DNA of 64,000 nucleotides from a virus. The stretch is taken from the IMG/VR virus record IMGVR_UViG_3300025407_000799, positions 33,799 through 97,798 of that record; one strand, given 5' to 3'. Within the stretch, counting starts at the first letter, position 1, and each line of letters begins with the position of its first letter. The notes under the pieces were generated by a model. That model ran no database searches. It saw only the letters and a program-made list of their open reading frames with translations, and had not been told where the DNA came from. Shown here piece after piece: positions 50,248 to 58,994 of this stretch. A program made the position numbers and the translations under genes.

Positions 50248-50518
50248 GCACGTTGATCCAAGTCCCTATCAAAACGAAGAGTCGCATGAAAAACTCATGG
50301 CGGCTTTTCGCGAGTATTTTAAAGAAAATCAAGAATGGATCAACAAAGGCACACGTAGTTCAGGCGAACGTATGCGCTACTGGCTAGCGCAGATTAGAAT
50401 TATAGCCAAAGAACGCCGTACGCATGTACAACAGTATCGCGTATGGTTAGATAGGGCAAAAGCAGAACGTAAGGCAAATCAAAAGGCACAGGGTACGGAG
50501 ACAGATGACACTAATTAG
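50240..50518 (+). CDS. small basic protein resembling the histone H1-like Hc1 family
   Basis: W.NKGTRSSGERMR..L..IR..AKERR resembles the Hc1-type KGNKAAG.R.R motif (recognised by eye). Confidence 0.5.
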   Translation: MSKHVDPSPYQNEESHEKLMAAFREYFKENQEWINKGTRSSGERMRYWLAQIRIIAKERRTHVQQYRVWLDRAKAERKANQKAQGTETDDTN

Positions 50519-50521
50519 TGT

Positions 50522-50947
50522 ATGTCTTGGTACTATAACAATGAAATTGTAGAAGAACTTCCCGAAGATTGTGTTGGGTTTGTATATCTTATAACAAACA
50601 CAATTACAGGGCGTATGTACATAGGCAAAAAACTAGCAAAATTTTCTAAAACTACTTATCGAACAGTAAAATTAAAAAACGGCACTAAGAAAAAAAAGAA
50701 AATCCGCAGTAAAATTAACAGTGATTGGCAGACCTATTATGGGTCGTCGGATGAATTACTCAAGGATATTGCGCAGTTAGGTCAAGAAAACTTTCGCAGG
50801 GAAATACTGTTTTACTGTAAATCCAAAGCAGAAACGTCATATATAGAGGCTCGTGAACAGTTCAGCCGTCGTGTGCTGGAATCAAAAGACTATTATAATG
50901 GTCAAATTTCCGTGCGTGTACACGGTTCACACATACTCAAATCATAA
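50522..50947 (+). CDS. small single-domain GIY-YIG nuclease
   Basis: GFVYLITN...GRMYIGKK, YYGSS, catalytic E (YIEAREQF), YYN; Lys-rich insert. Confidence 0.8.
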   Translation: MSWYYNNEIVEELPEDCVGFVYLITNTITGRMYIGKKLAKFSKTTYRTVKLKNGTKKKKKIRSKINSDWQTYYGSSDELLKDIAQLGQENFRREILFYCKSKAETSYIEAREQFSRRVLESKDYYNGQISVRVHGSHILKS

Positions 50948-50949
50948 TA

Positions 50950-51424
50950 CTTTAGGCTACTAAATCACCAAATAAGCCAGCACAGGCGTTGACATTGTGC
51001 CCTGAATCCGTTCTGTTGTGTGACGGCAAGGTAGTTCTGCTTGGTGACAGAGTTATAAATCACTATCCTTTACAGGACGACGATTGGATATGCCATAACC
51101 AGTTTGATTTATAAGGGGAAGTAACAAGGCTAAAAGAGGGGTAGTAGCCCCACGGTTTAACAAGTGTTAGCGTATTTGTTAAGCCCGCCGTCATATAAAG
51201 ACTCTGCTCGTGGTACCGGATGACCGCCACTGTAATGCAGTAACGCTAAGGTGATATTGTGCAACTCGGATAATGTCAAAACAACTTTGCCCGCTAGGGC
51301 AAAGTGTGACTGAACAATCTGGATAATATCTTAACGCTTCGCGTTTAATAAATCATTAACTACTTCTTGATAGACTAATAAAAGTTCGAGCTGAAGCGAA
51401 GAACAGAAGAACGCTAGTTCTTCT
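50950..51424 (+). ncRNA. putative large structured non-coding RNA of unknown family (alternatively an origin/primer RNA)
   Basis: Largest ORF-free gap in the window; at least 8 nested helices, several with G-U pairs that only form on the + strand. Confidence 0.6.
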
Positions 51425-51660
51425 TATAACAATGGCATACGTGTTTCTTTAGTTACTTCGATATTCTCTTTGATAATATTATAGATCAATTCACGATCTG
51501 AGAATGTGTAGATATGAAGTAGATCTTCTACACTAACACCACCACGCATATACCAGGATATTCTAAAAAGTTCTTCTTTAAAGCCCTGGATCTGATTGTC
51601 TAGCCTAACTAGATGTGCTTGAATTTCGTCTGGTGGAAGACTAATTAGGCTTGTACGAAA
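51424..51660 (-). CDS. gp51/gpT-like ORF lacking its own start, probably made as a -1 frameshift extension of the upstream gene
   Basis: Open frame FRTSLISLPPDEIQAHLVRLDNQIQGFKEELFRISWYMRGGVSVEDLLHIYTFSDRELIYNIIKENIEVTKETRMPLL*; begins at slippery AAATTTTTTC. Confidence 0.7.
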   Translation of the reverse strand, partial: FRTSLISLPPDEIQAHLVRLDNQIQGFKEELFRISWYMRGGVSVEDLLHIYTFSDRELIYNIIKENIEVTKETRMPLL

Positions 51661-52472
51661 AAATTTGACTGATCAAGGTCTACAGCAAGATTGGCTTCTT
51701 GGCCACAGTTGTCGCATTTAACTGGGAATCGAGGCATGGCCCAAGCATCATTATTTTTTTGATTTCTAGCTTTGATAGCATCAAACACACTCTTGTCGCA
51801 GTTGTCCAACCATTCCATGATAAAGGGAGTTTCGGTAACTACTTGCTGACCAGTATCAACACTTTCAATAGTAGCACGATAAATTTCAGTTTGGATATCG
51901 GCTAATTCTTTGAATAAACTGTTAACTACTTCTTGTCTTTCTGGAGTGTTGTCCATGACTTCTGCTTGAGCAAGACGTTGTTGTAGTCTAAAGTTTTTAA
52001 GATTAAACTCAGTGCTTTGCTTATATGTTAATGGACGTAGATTAATGGTCAGATCGTCTGTGACAATTTTACCGTCATACTGACAGGCCATGTAAAATTC
52101 CACAACTTTGTTTAGATCGATGTCATAGTCATTTTCAGATCCGCAATTATTGCACTTGTGTCCCACGGTCATGGAGTTGCCATAGGTAGCAATACGAATA
52201 GCTGCCAATAAAATAACTAGATCCAGTATACACAATTCCCAAGGATCTTTGATAGCCGGGCAACAGCTGGTTAAAACTTGTGCTGTGCTTTCGCCAGACA
52301 ACAATGCATCTGGAGTTTTAACAATGATTTCATCCATGCCCGTCATACCATATACTGGTGTATTGGTAACATCGCCTTGGATAGTACCGGGCTTGTTAAA
52401 GATACCTCCGCTGGGGAACTTGATATAGATCTTAGGTTGTCTAAAGTACTTTTGTAACGGATTAACGGCCAT
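51645..52472 (-). CDS. baseplate hub assembly protein/tail assembly chaperone, T4 gp26-like
   Basis: NPL..YFRQP.IY...PS.G, MT..DEI, D...IL.AIRIATYG, two CxxC pairs, ends NFF. Confidence 0.8.
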   Translation of the reverse strand: MAVNPLQKYFRQPKIYIKFPSGGIFNKPGTIQGDVTNTPVYGMTGMDEIIVKTPDALLSGESTAQVLTSCCPAIKDPWELCILDLVILLAAIRIATYGNSMTVGHKCNNCGSENDYDIDLNKVVEFYMACQYDGKIVTDDLTINLRPLTYKQSTEFNLKNFRLQQRLAQAEVMDNTPERQEVVNSLFKELADIQTEIYRATIESVDTGQQVVTETPFIMEWLDNCDKSVFDAIKARNQKNNDAWAMPRFPVKCDNCGQEANLAVDLDQSNFFVQA

Positions 52473-52498
52473 TGTAATAACTCCAAAATATTGTCATG

Positions 52499-52556
52499 TA
52501 TTTATATACGCACTTTTTGGGTTATTTTCGTATTGGCTAGGTTTATTTGGTAAATA
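52499..52556. promoter_or_regulatory. divergent late promoters
   Basis: TATAAATA on the minus strand (52506-52499) and TAAATA on the plus strand (52551-52556). Confidence 0.65.
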
Positions 52557-52562
52557 CAAATT

Positions 52563-53588
52563 ATGAAAGTTTATGAAGTAATTTCAAAAGATCCTCAACT
52601 AGACGAATTCAGTTTGAATCCAATGAACTGGTTCGGTGCCGGTAATGCAGGAGCCGCAGCTAAACAAGCCAGTTATGATGCTGGGGCTGTTAAAAATCTA
52701 GCGGCAATTGCTAAAAAGCAATTTCCAAATCTAAGTCCAGCTGCTGGTAAAGCACTGGCTGACATTACATCTGGTACAGCTAAAGCTAGCAAGGCCGCAT
52801 CGCAAGAAGCATTTGCTATGAAAGTAGGTAATATTAGCTATGTGTTGCGTGTACTAGGTGCGTTTGCTATCAGTTACAAGTTGTACAGCAATTTTTCTAT
52901 ACTTGAAGATAAGTATAATGCAGGTGAATTAAACGCTGAACAGTATAAAGAAGCACACGAAGCCTACTGGGGACTGTGGGTTATTCAATTCATGGGTCCA
53001 TGGTTAGCAACAACTTTAGGTACAGCTAAACTAGTAGCATTTTTAATTCGTTTAATACTGGCGGTATTAACATTAGGTGTAACTGTGTTTACTGGCGGAG
53101 GTGCAGCCGCTGCAACAATTACAGGTCTAGTAGTTGAACAAGCTGTGTTTACGGCTTTACAAGCGTTCTTAATGTCTAAAACATTTGAACAATGGATGTC
53201 GGATCACTTTTTCAAAACACTAGTAACTATTGGTTCAGTACCAGATGCTAGTTGGAATATACTACGTCAGTATTTGAGTGAAATTCCAGTAATAAATGCG
53301 TTCTTCAAAGATAAAGGTGTTGATTTTTACACAGCTGCCAAGAAAGAAAAACAAAGAATCAATCCTGCGGCAGCTGCTGACGATGAAAAAGCAACACAAG
53401 CAAGAAACCTAGCACCTTTAGATTCTGATAAAAATGCTATTATGATTAACGGAATTCGTGTTACTGATAAAGACGGCAACTTAGACGATTATGCCATGAT
53501 GCGTCCTTTTGTTAAGAACTATTTAGAACTGCATCCTGAAGATCCTAATGTACAAAAAGTACTAGCACTACAATCCAAATCTAAATAA
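52563..53588 (+). CDS. putative membrane-associated virion protein upstream of the tape measure
   Basis: 341 aa with several long hydrophobic segments (e.g. LVAFLIRLILAVLTLGVTVFTGGGAAAA). Confidence 0.7.
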   Translation: MKVYEVISKDPQLDEFSLNPMNWFGAGNAGAAAKQASYDAGAVKNLAAIAKKQFPNLSPAAGKALADITSGTAKASKAASQEAFAMKVGNISYVLRVLGAFAISYKLYSNFSILEDKYNAGELNAEQYKEAHEAYWGLWVIQFMGPWLATTLGTAKLVAFLIRLILAVLTLGVTVFTGGGAAAATITGLVVEQAVFTALQAFLMSKTFEQWMSDHFFKTLVTIGSVPDASWNILRQYLSEIPVINAFFKDKGVDFYTAAKKEKQRINPAAAADDEKATQARNLAPLDSDKNAIMINGIRVTDKDGNLDDYAMMRPFVKNYLELHPEDPNVQKVLALQSKSK

Positions 53589-53614
53589 CAGTTATATACG
53601 CTGTTATTCAATCC

Positions 53615-53622
53615 TATAAATA
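53615..53622 (+). promoter_or_regulatory. T4-type late promoter TATAAATA
   Basis: Exact consensus 23 nt upstream of the tape measure ATG; preceded by inverted repeat 53584-53608. Confidence 0.7.
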
Positions 53623-53645
53623 CACTATATTTCTAGGATTTTTTT

Positions 53646-56600
53646 ATGGCCGCAGATAAAGACACCGTCGAAGCGTTTAAGCAAGCTCTTAAAGAATCTG
53701 GCATCGGTAAAGGCAACAGCGCACCAAGTAGTACGGCTGGTAATGCAGCCGGAGCAGGATTCGGCGCGGCTACAAAAGATGTTATTGACAGTTTTAATCC
53801 TCTAAGTGCCGCAAGTAAAGCTGTTGGTGCAGGCATGGATGCAGCCGGCAAAGCATACAATAATTTAAAAGGTGTAATTGAACCTAGTCTAGGCACATGG
53901 CGAGAACTTAGTGCTAGTGGTGCAAACTTTAATAACGATATAGTTGGCATGACAGCTGCAGCTGCAGGCGCACGATTAGATATAGCAGAGTTTGGCCAAG
54001 TCATTAAAAACAACTCAGGCAACTTTAACGGTTTAGGCGGAAGTGCTGCTAAAGGCGCAGAAAATTTTGCTAAGTTAAGTAAAGAAATGGCTGACAGCGG
54101 AGTCACAGATGACTTGCGCATGATGGGTATGACCAGTCGAGATATTAATGATGTCTTGGCAATCACGTTAACACAGCAACAGACTGTGAACATGAATGAC
54201 GAAGCTAGTAAGAAACGTGCTATCAAAGCAGCCACAGAACTAGCTACTGAAATGGATTTGATGAGCAAGTTGACTGGTAAGTCACGTGCTGAACAAGAAG
54301 AAAGTTTAAAGAAAGCACAAGCTGACATGCAAGTGGAAGCTAAGTTGCGTATTCTTACAATGGGTAAAAGCGAAGAAGAAGCAGCTGCAATTCGTAATAA
54401 TTACCTAACACAATATAACGAAGCTAATCTCCGTGGACAAGGACAAATGTTTAAAGAAGTCTTTGCCACAGGTACTGTGCAAAGTGAAGAAGCTGCTAAC
54501 CAAGTAGCTATCAGTGGCAGAGAAGCACAAGCTACAATGGCACAAGCTCGTGCTACCGCAGAAGGCAATGCCAAAGCTGCTACTGAATACAGTAAGCAAG
54601 CATCTGCGGAGATGATGAAAAATCAAAATGATGTTAATAAATTAAGTCTTGCTGTTTATTCTAGTAATACCGCCGCTGGCGAAACAATGAAAGCCAGTAT
54701 GACAGCTAATGCTGGCATTTATAAGAGTGAAACAGCTCTTATGAAGCAAATGGAGAAAGAAGGCAAACTAGATGGCATTAAAGACGAAGCTGAAAAACGT
54801 CGTATAGTACACGAAGAAGCATTAAAACAAGCCAAAGCAGAACAAACAGATAAAAAGCCAGGAAGTGAAAGCACCGAAGCACTTGTTAAATTAGGCGCAC
54901 GAGCTGATGATGTTAATAGTGCGTTTATGAATAAGGTTGTTGTTCCTATTAATAAAGATGTAGGTCCAGCATTACAGAAATTTAATGATGGATTATTAAA
55001 CTCTCAAGTTAAAGATAAATCAGGTAATGTAACTACTGTTAGTAAAACTTTAGAAAAAGAAGTAGGAGAAGGTTACCAAAGAGGTAAAGAGGGATTTTCT
55101 GGACCTAATGCCGGCAAAGATGGAGTTATTGGTGCCGCAAAAGATTCAAAATCAGGTAGCCCATTAGAAAATGCTGCGGCTACTGTTGGTGAAAGTGCAG
55201 GGTTTGCAACAGGTAAAATATTACTACCTGCATTAGACAAGACAGCAGACGTTATGAACAACGTCAAAAAAATGGCTGAAGGTGGAACTGTAAATAAACC
55301 CGAACTAGCTATTATTGGCGAGGCTGGAAAAGAGCATATAGTACCAGATGAAAAGATGCAGACCTTGATGCAAAACATGAAGGTTGATGGTTTAACAGCT
55401 GCCGCAACAGCTATGGCTGATTCACAAAAAGGCGGTGGCGTTAATGTATCTGAAATTTCTAATCTAGTTAAAACTACTATCAGTAGTGCAAGTGGTCCAA
55501 CAACTGGCGCAGCCGCGGCTGCACCTATGACAAAGAGTGAAAAGTTTCAAACAGCAGACTGGGCAGATGCAACTCAAGAAGAAATTGCTAAAGGACTTGA
55601 AGGATCAAAAAAACAACTAGCTCGTTGGACAACAGATGCGCAGGAAACTGAACAAAAAATTGCAGATATAAAATCTCTAGGATCTAAAAGACAACTTACT
55701 GAAAGTGAACAATATGATCTAGACGAACTTGAAAAAGAAAAAGCAAAAAATCAACGAGCAATTGATTATCATCAAACTACAATTAACGTATTAAACAATC
55801 TAGACGAATATAAGGCTAGATTAGAAACAGAAAGTAAACAAAAAGTTGTTTCAGCCTCGGAAGAAGCTGCTAAAATTGCAGAATCTCTTGGGTTAACACA
55901 AATTGATACGGTTAAACAATCAGCCGAAGAACAGAAAACAATCTTAAGTGAACATCAACAAACTACATTGAAATATGCCTACACTGATGCAGAAGGCAAA
56001 AAAATGCAGTTGGAAAATGCTAAAAATCTTGTTGATGCTGAAAAGAATGCCATTGCTGAAAAGAATAAACAAATTGAAGAAATTCAAGTTGCTGCTGATG
56101 GTCGTGAACTGACAAATAGAGAAAAGAGTCGCATTGAAAAACTGCAAAAAGAAATTGAAGGCAGTAAAGAAACTTTAAGTTACCGTGAACAAGATTTAGC
56201 AGTTTACGCTAATCTTGATAAGTTAAAAACAGAACAAATTACCAAACAAGCCGAAGCACAAAAACGTTTAGAAGAACTCGGCCTCACCGGCACAACAAAA
56301 CAAATTGCCACACAAGCCGAAGCACAAAAACGTTATGAAGAAATATCTAAAGGCGGTATAAAGACAGAAGAAGAACAGCGAGCTGAAGCAACTAAAATGG
56401 TAGAAGCTTCAAATGCTAAAATTGAAAAACTTAAAGCAGATGCCACTGGAAAAACAGAAGCAGCTGCTGGAAAAACAGAAGAACCTTCTAAATCTGTAAT
56501 ACCCGACTTTAGTTCTTTTGGAGAAGGAGTAAAAGGCTCGGGACTTCCTCCGTTCTTGCAAAAATTAAATGCTCAAATTAAAGATTCTAAACCTGCTCCA

Positions 56601-56879
56601 ATCAAATCACCAACTGAAGCAAATAAAGATGCATCTAAAACTACAGCACAAGCTGTTAAAGAAGAAAAGAAAGAAGAACCAAAAAAACAAGAAGCAAAAA
56701 AAGAAGAAAAACCAGCTACAGGAACAGTTGCAGAAGTTACCATGAAAGATCTACATGCCAGTCTAGAACACTTAAATAAGAGTATGACAAGCCTTCTTAG
56801 TTATAGTCAACAAACAGCCACAGCAGCACAACAACAAGTTAAGGCAACTAAAAGTTTAAGTGGCAATAAGTTTGCTTAA
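53646..56879 (+). CDS. tape measure-like protein
   Basis: 1077 aa, A/E/K/Q-rich and helical; MAEGG.V..PELAIIGEAG.E.IVP motif common in tape measure proteins. Confidence 0.75.
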   Translation: MAADKDTVEAFKQALKESGIGKGNSAPSSTAGNAAGAGFGAATKDVIDSFNPLSAASKAVGAGMDAAGKAYNNLKGVIEPSLGTWRELSASGANFNNDIVGMTAAAAGARLDIAEFGQVIKNNSGNFNGLGGSAAKGAENFAKLSKEMADSGVTDDLRMMGMTSRDINDVLAITLTQQQTVNMNDEASKKRAIKAATELATEMDLMSKLTGKSRAEQEESLKKAQADMQVEAKLRILTMGKSEEEAAAIRNNYLTQYNEANLRGQGQMFKEVFATGTVQSEEAANQVAISGREAQATMAQARATAEGNAKAATEYSKQASAEMMKNQNDVNKLSLAVYSSNTAAGETMKASMTANAGIYKSETALMKQMEKEGKLDGIKDEAEKRRIVHEEALKQAKAEQTDKKPGSESTEALVKLGARADDVNSAFMNKVVVPINKDVGPALQKFNDGLLNSQVKDKSGNVTTVSKTLEKEVGEGYQRGKEGFSGPNAGKDGVIGAAKDSKSGSPLENAAATVGESAGFATGKILLPALDKTADVMNNVKKMAEGGTVNKPELAIIGEAGKEHIVPDEKMQTLMQNMKVDGLTAAATAMADSQKGGGVNVSEISNLVKTTISSASGPTTGAAAAAPMTKSEKFQTADWADATQEEIAKGLEGSKKQLARWTTDAQETEQKIADIKSLGSKRQLTESEQYDLDELEKEKAKNQRAIDYHQTTINVLNNLDEYKARLETESKQKVVSASEEAAKIAESLGLTQIDTVKQSAEEQKTILSEHQQTTLKYAYTDAEGKKMQLENAKNLVDAEKNAIAEKNKQIEEIQVAADGRELTNREKSRIEKLQKEIEGSKETLSYREQDLAVYANLDKLKTEQITKQAEAQKRLEELGLTGTTKQIATQAEAQKRYEEISKGGIKTEEEQRAEATKMVEASNAKIEKLKADATGKTEAAAGKTEEPSKSVIPDFSSFGEGVKGSGLPPFLQKLNAQIKDSKPAPIKSPTEANKDASKTTAQAVKEEKKEEPKKQEAKKEEKPATGTVAEVTMKDLHASLEHLNKSMTSLLSYSQQTATAAQQQVKATKSLSGNKFA

Positions 56880-56894
56880 AAGGATATAAATTAG

Positions 56895-58637
56895 ATGAGT
56901 TGGAAAAAGTATTTTACGCCCGTACCTGTAAATGGTGAATTGTTAGGCCCTATCAGCGGCCAAAACAACGGCAATCGTCCTGGTCCGGCAAGAAGTAACT
57001 ATTCTAGCTACTTGCCGGATGTATATTCTGGTAGTCCAAATCGTATTGAGCGTTATCAACAGTACGAAGTTATGGATAGTGATCCAGAAGTTAACGCTGC
57101 TCTAGACATTCTAGCTGAATTCTGCACACAAAAACTAAAAGATTCAAAGAGTCCATTTGCGGTCAAGTGGCGCAATAAAGGAACTAATGTAGAAGTTCGT
57201 GTTTTAAGTGAATATCTACAACAATGGAACAAGTTGCAAAACTTTGATGTACGTATTTTTCGTATTGTTCGCAATACTTTTAAGTATGGAGATAGTTTCT
57301 TTATTAGAGATCCTGAAAATCAAAAGTGGAGTTACTTAGATCCTAGTCAAATTATCAAAGTTATTGTTAATGAAAGTGAAGGTAAGAAACCTGAACAGTA
57401 TATTGTTAAAGATCTAGCACCTAATTTTGAAAATTTAATTGCTACAATGATTACTCCTACAGTAAATCCACGTCAAACTGGCGGTGGTCCATTGCCTGCA
57501 AGCGGTTATTTAGGGCAATCAGGCGGTGGTAGTAGTAGCGGAACTAGTGGAGGTAACGTAGGCGGACGCTTTGGAATGAATCAAAAGGAAAATGCCATCG
57601 ATAATAAGCATATGGTTCATTTGAGTTTGTCAGAAGGTTTAGATCAAAATTTTCCATTTGGCAATAGTTTATTAGAAAATATCTTTAAAGTTTACAAACA
57701 AAAAGAACTATTAGAAGATGCAATCTTGATTTATCGTATACAACGTGCTCCAGAACGTCGTGTATTCCATATCGACGTGGGTAATATGCCTAGTCACTTA
57801 GCCATGGCATTCGTAGAACGTGTTAAAAACGAAATACATCAACGCCGTATTCCGTCACAAACAGGAGGCGGACAGAACGTCATAGACTCTGCATACAACC
57901 CTCTGAGCATTAACGAAGATTATTTCTTCCCTAAAACAGCAGACGGCAAAGGATCAGACGTCACAATGCTAGAAGGCGGTAAGAATATTGGCGAAATTGA
58001 TGACTTGAAGTACTTTACTAACAAGTTATTCCGTGGATTACGTATTCCAAGTAGCTATTTGCCTACTGGTGCGGATGATTCACAGAGCAATTTCAATGAT
58101 GGTCGTGTAGGAACAGCGTACATTCAAGAGTTACGTTTTAACAAATACTGTGAAAGACTTCAAAGTTTACTAACAGCAGTGTTTGATAGCGAGTTTAAAT
58201 TGTTTTTAAATGCTCGTGGATTGAATATTGATCCAGATTTATTTGAACTAAACTTTAATCCTCCTATGAACTTTGCAAGTTCACGTCAAGCAGCTATTGA
58301 CACTGAACGGATTAATACATTTAATACCATTCAAGCCGTTCCATTTATGAGTAAACGCTTTGCTCTTAAACGTTTCCTTGCACTAACAGACGAGGAAGTA
58401 GCAGAAAACGAACGTCTATGGGCAGAAGAAAATGGAAAAGGACAGCCAACTACTACCGATGCCGCTGGAGAATTACGTAGTGCAGGCTTGTCTGCTAGCG
58501 GAATAGAAGGAGACATGGGTGCTGCTGGTGACATGACAGCTCCAGAAGATATAACAGACACTGGCGAAGAACAAGGAGCTCCTAATCCTGGAGCTGCAAC
58601 ACAACCTGGGGCCGCTACTCCACCGCCTGCCGCATAA
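56895..58637 (+). CDS. portal protein, T4 gp20-like
   Basis: Y..MD.DPEV..ALD, LLEDAILIYRI.RAPERRVF.IDVGNMP, EDYFFP, GG.N.GEIDD..YF..KLF..L.IP.S. Confidence 0.95.
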   Translation: MSWKKYFTPVPVNGELLGPISGQNNGNRPGPARSNYSSYLPDVYSGSPNRIERYQQYEVMDSDPEVNAALDILAEFCTQKLKDSKSPFAVKWRNKGTNVEVRVLSEYLQQWNKLQNFDVRIFRIVRNTFKYGDSFFIRDPENQKWSYLDPSQIIKVIVNESEGKKPEQYIVKDLAPNFENLIATMITPTVNPRQTGGGPLPASGYLGQSGGGSSSGTSGGNVGGRFGMNQKENAIDNKHMVHLSLSEGLDQNFPFGNSLLENIFKVYKQKELLEDAILIYRIQRAPERRVFHIDVGNMPSHLAMAFVERVKNEIHQRRIPSQTGGGQNVIDSAYNPLSINEDYFFPKTADGKGSDVTMLEGGKNIGEIDDLKYFTNKLFRGLRIPSSYLPTGADDSQSNFNDGRVGTAYIQELRFNKYCERLQSLLTAVFDSEFKLFLNARGLNIDPDLFELNFNPPMNFASSRQAAIDTERINTFNTIQAVPFMSKRFALKRFLALTDEEVAENERLWAEENGKGQPTTTDAAGELRSAGLSASGIEGDMGAAGDMTAPEDITDTGEEQGAPNPGAATQPGAATPPPAA

Positions 58638-58644
58638 ATACAAT

Positions 58645-58887
58645 ATGATTTTAAGAGAGTTGTTTTATATTGATCCAGACACAAGGCATGTAGCCAATGA
58701 TTTGCGCTATGAGCCTAGACGCGATCAGACTCAGTTGCATAGAGATGATACACGTAAAACAAGATTAACACTAAGACAACTAAATGAACTACGTAAAAGT
58801 AGTGAAGCCCACATCCTGGAACAGGAAAGCGAACTAGAATTTATACATTCAATGTATGCAGCTCCACCAGCTGCACCAGCACAATAA
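58645..58887 (+). CDS. small head-module protein (possibly prohead core)
   Basis: 80 aa between the portal and core genes; ATAAATA 4 nt upstream of the ATG (leaderless-like). Confidence 0.7.
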   Translation: MILRELFYIDPDTRHVANDLRYEPRRDQTQLHRDDTRKTRLTLRQLNELRKSSEAHILEQESELEFIHSMYAAPPAAPAQ

Positions 58888-58889
58888 TT

Positions 58890-58916
58890 GAAAACGGCCA
58901 AAAAACGGCCGTTTTC
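58890..58916 (+). terminator. stem-loop, possible intrinsic terminator or processing site
   Basis: GAAAACGGCC-aaaaaac-GGCCGTTTTC, 10-bp perfect stem. Confidence 0.55.
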
Positions 58917-58994
58917 ACACCTTATCTATACACTTTTTTAACAAAAGTGTAAATATAATACAGCCTTGTAACCACAATCACAGGAGAACCAAAC

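Noticed and set aside
50989-51017. TTGACA as a sigma70 -35 box inside the non-coding region
   Set aside because: No -10-like hexamer at 16-18 nt spacing
50950-51424. Group I/II intron, tmRNA, RNase P RNA or tRNA identity for the structured region
   Set aside because: No recognisable P7/catalytic core, domain V, tRNA-like ends or GAGGAAAGUCC motif; flanking genes are complete and convergent, so nothing is interrupted
53633-54328. 231-aa minus-strand ORF, plus the many other 60-150 aa antisense or alternate-frame ORFs in the track
   Set aside because: They lie wholly within well-supported genes on the opposite strand or frame and are explained by codon bias
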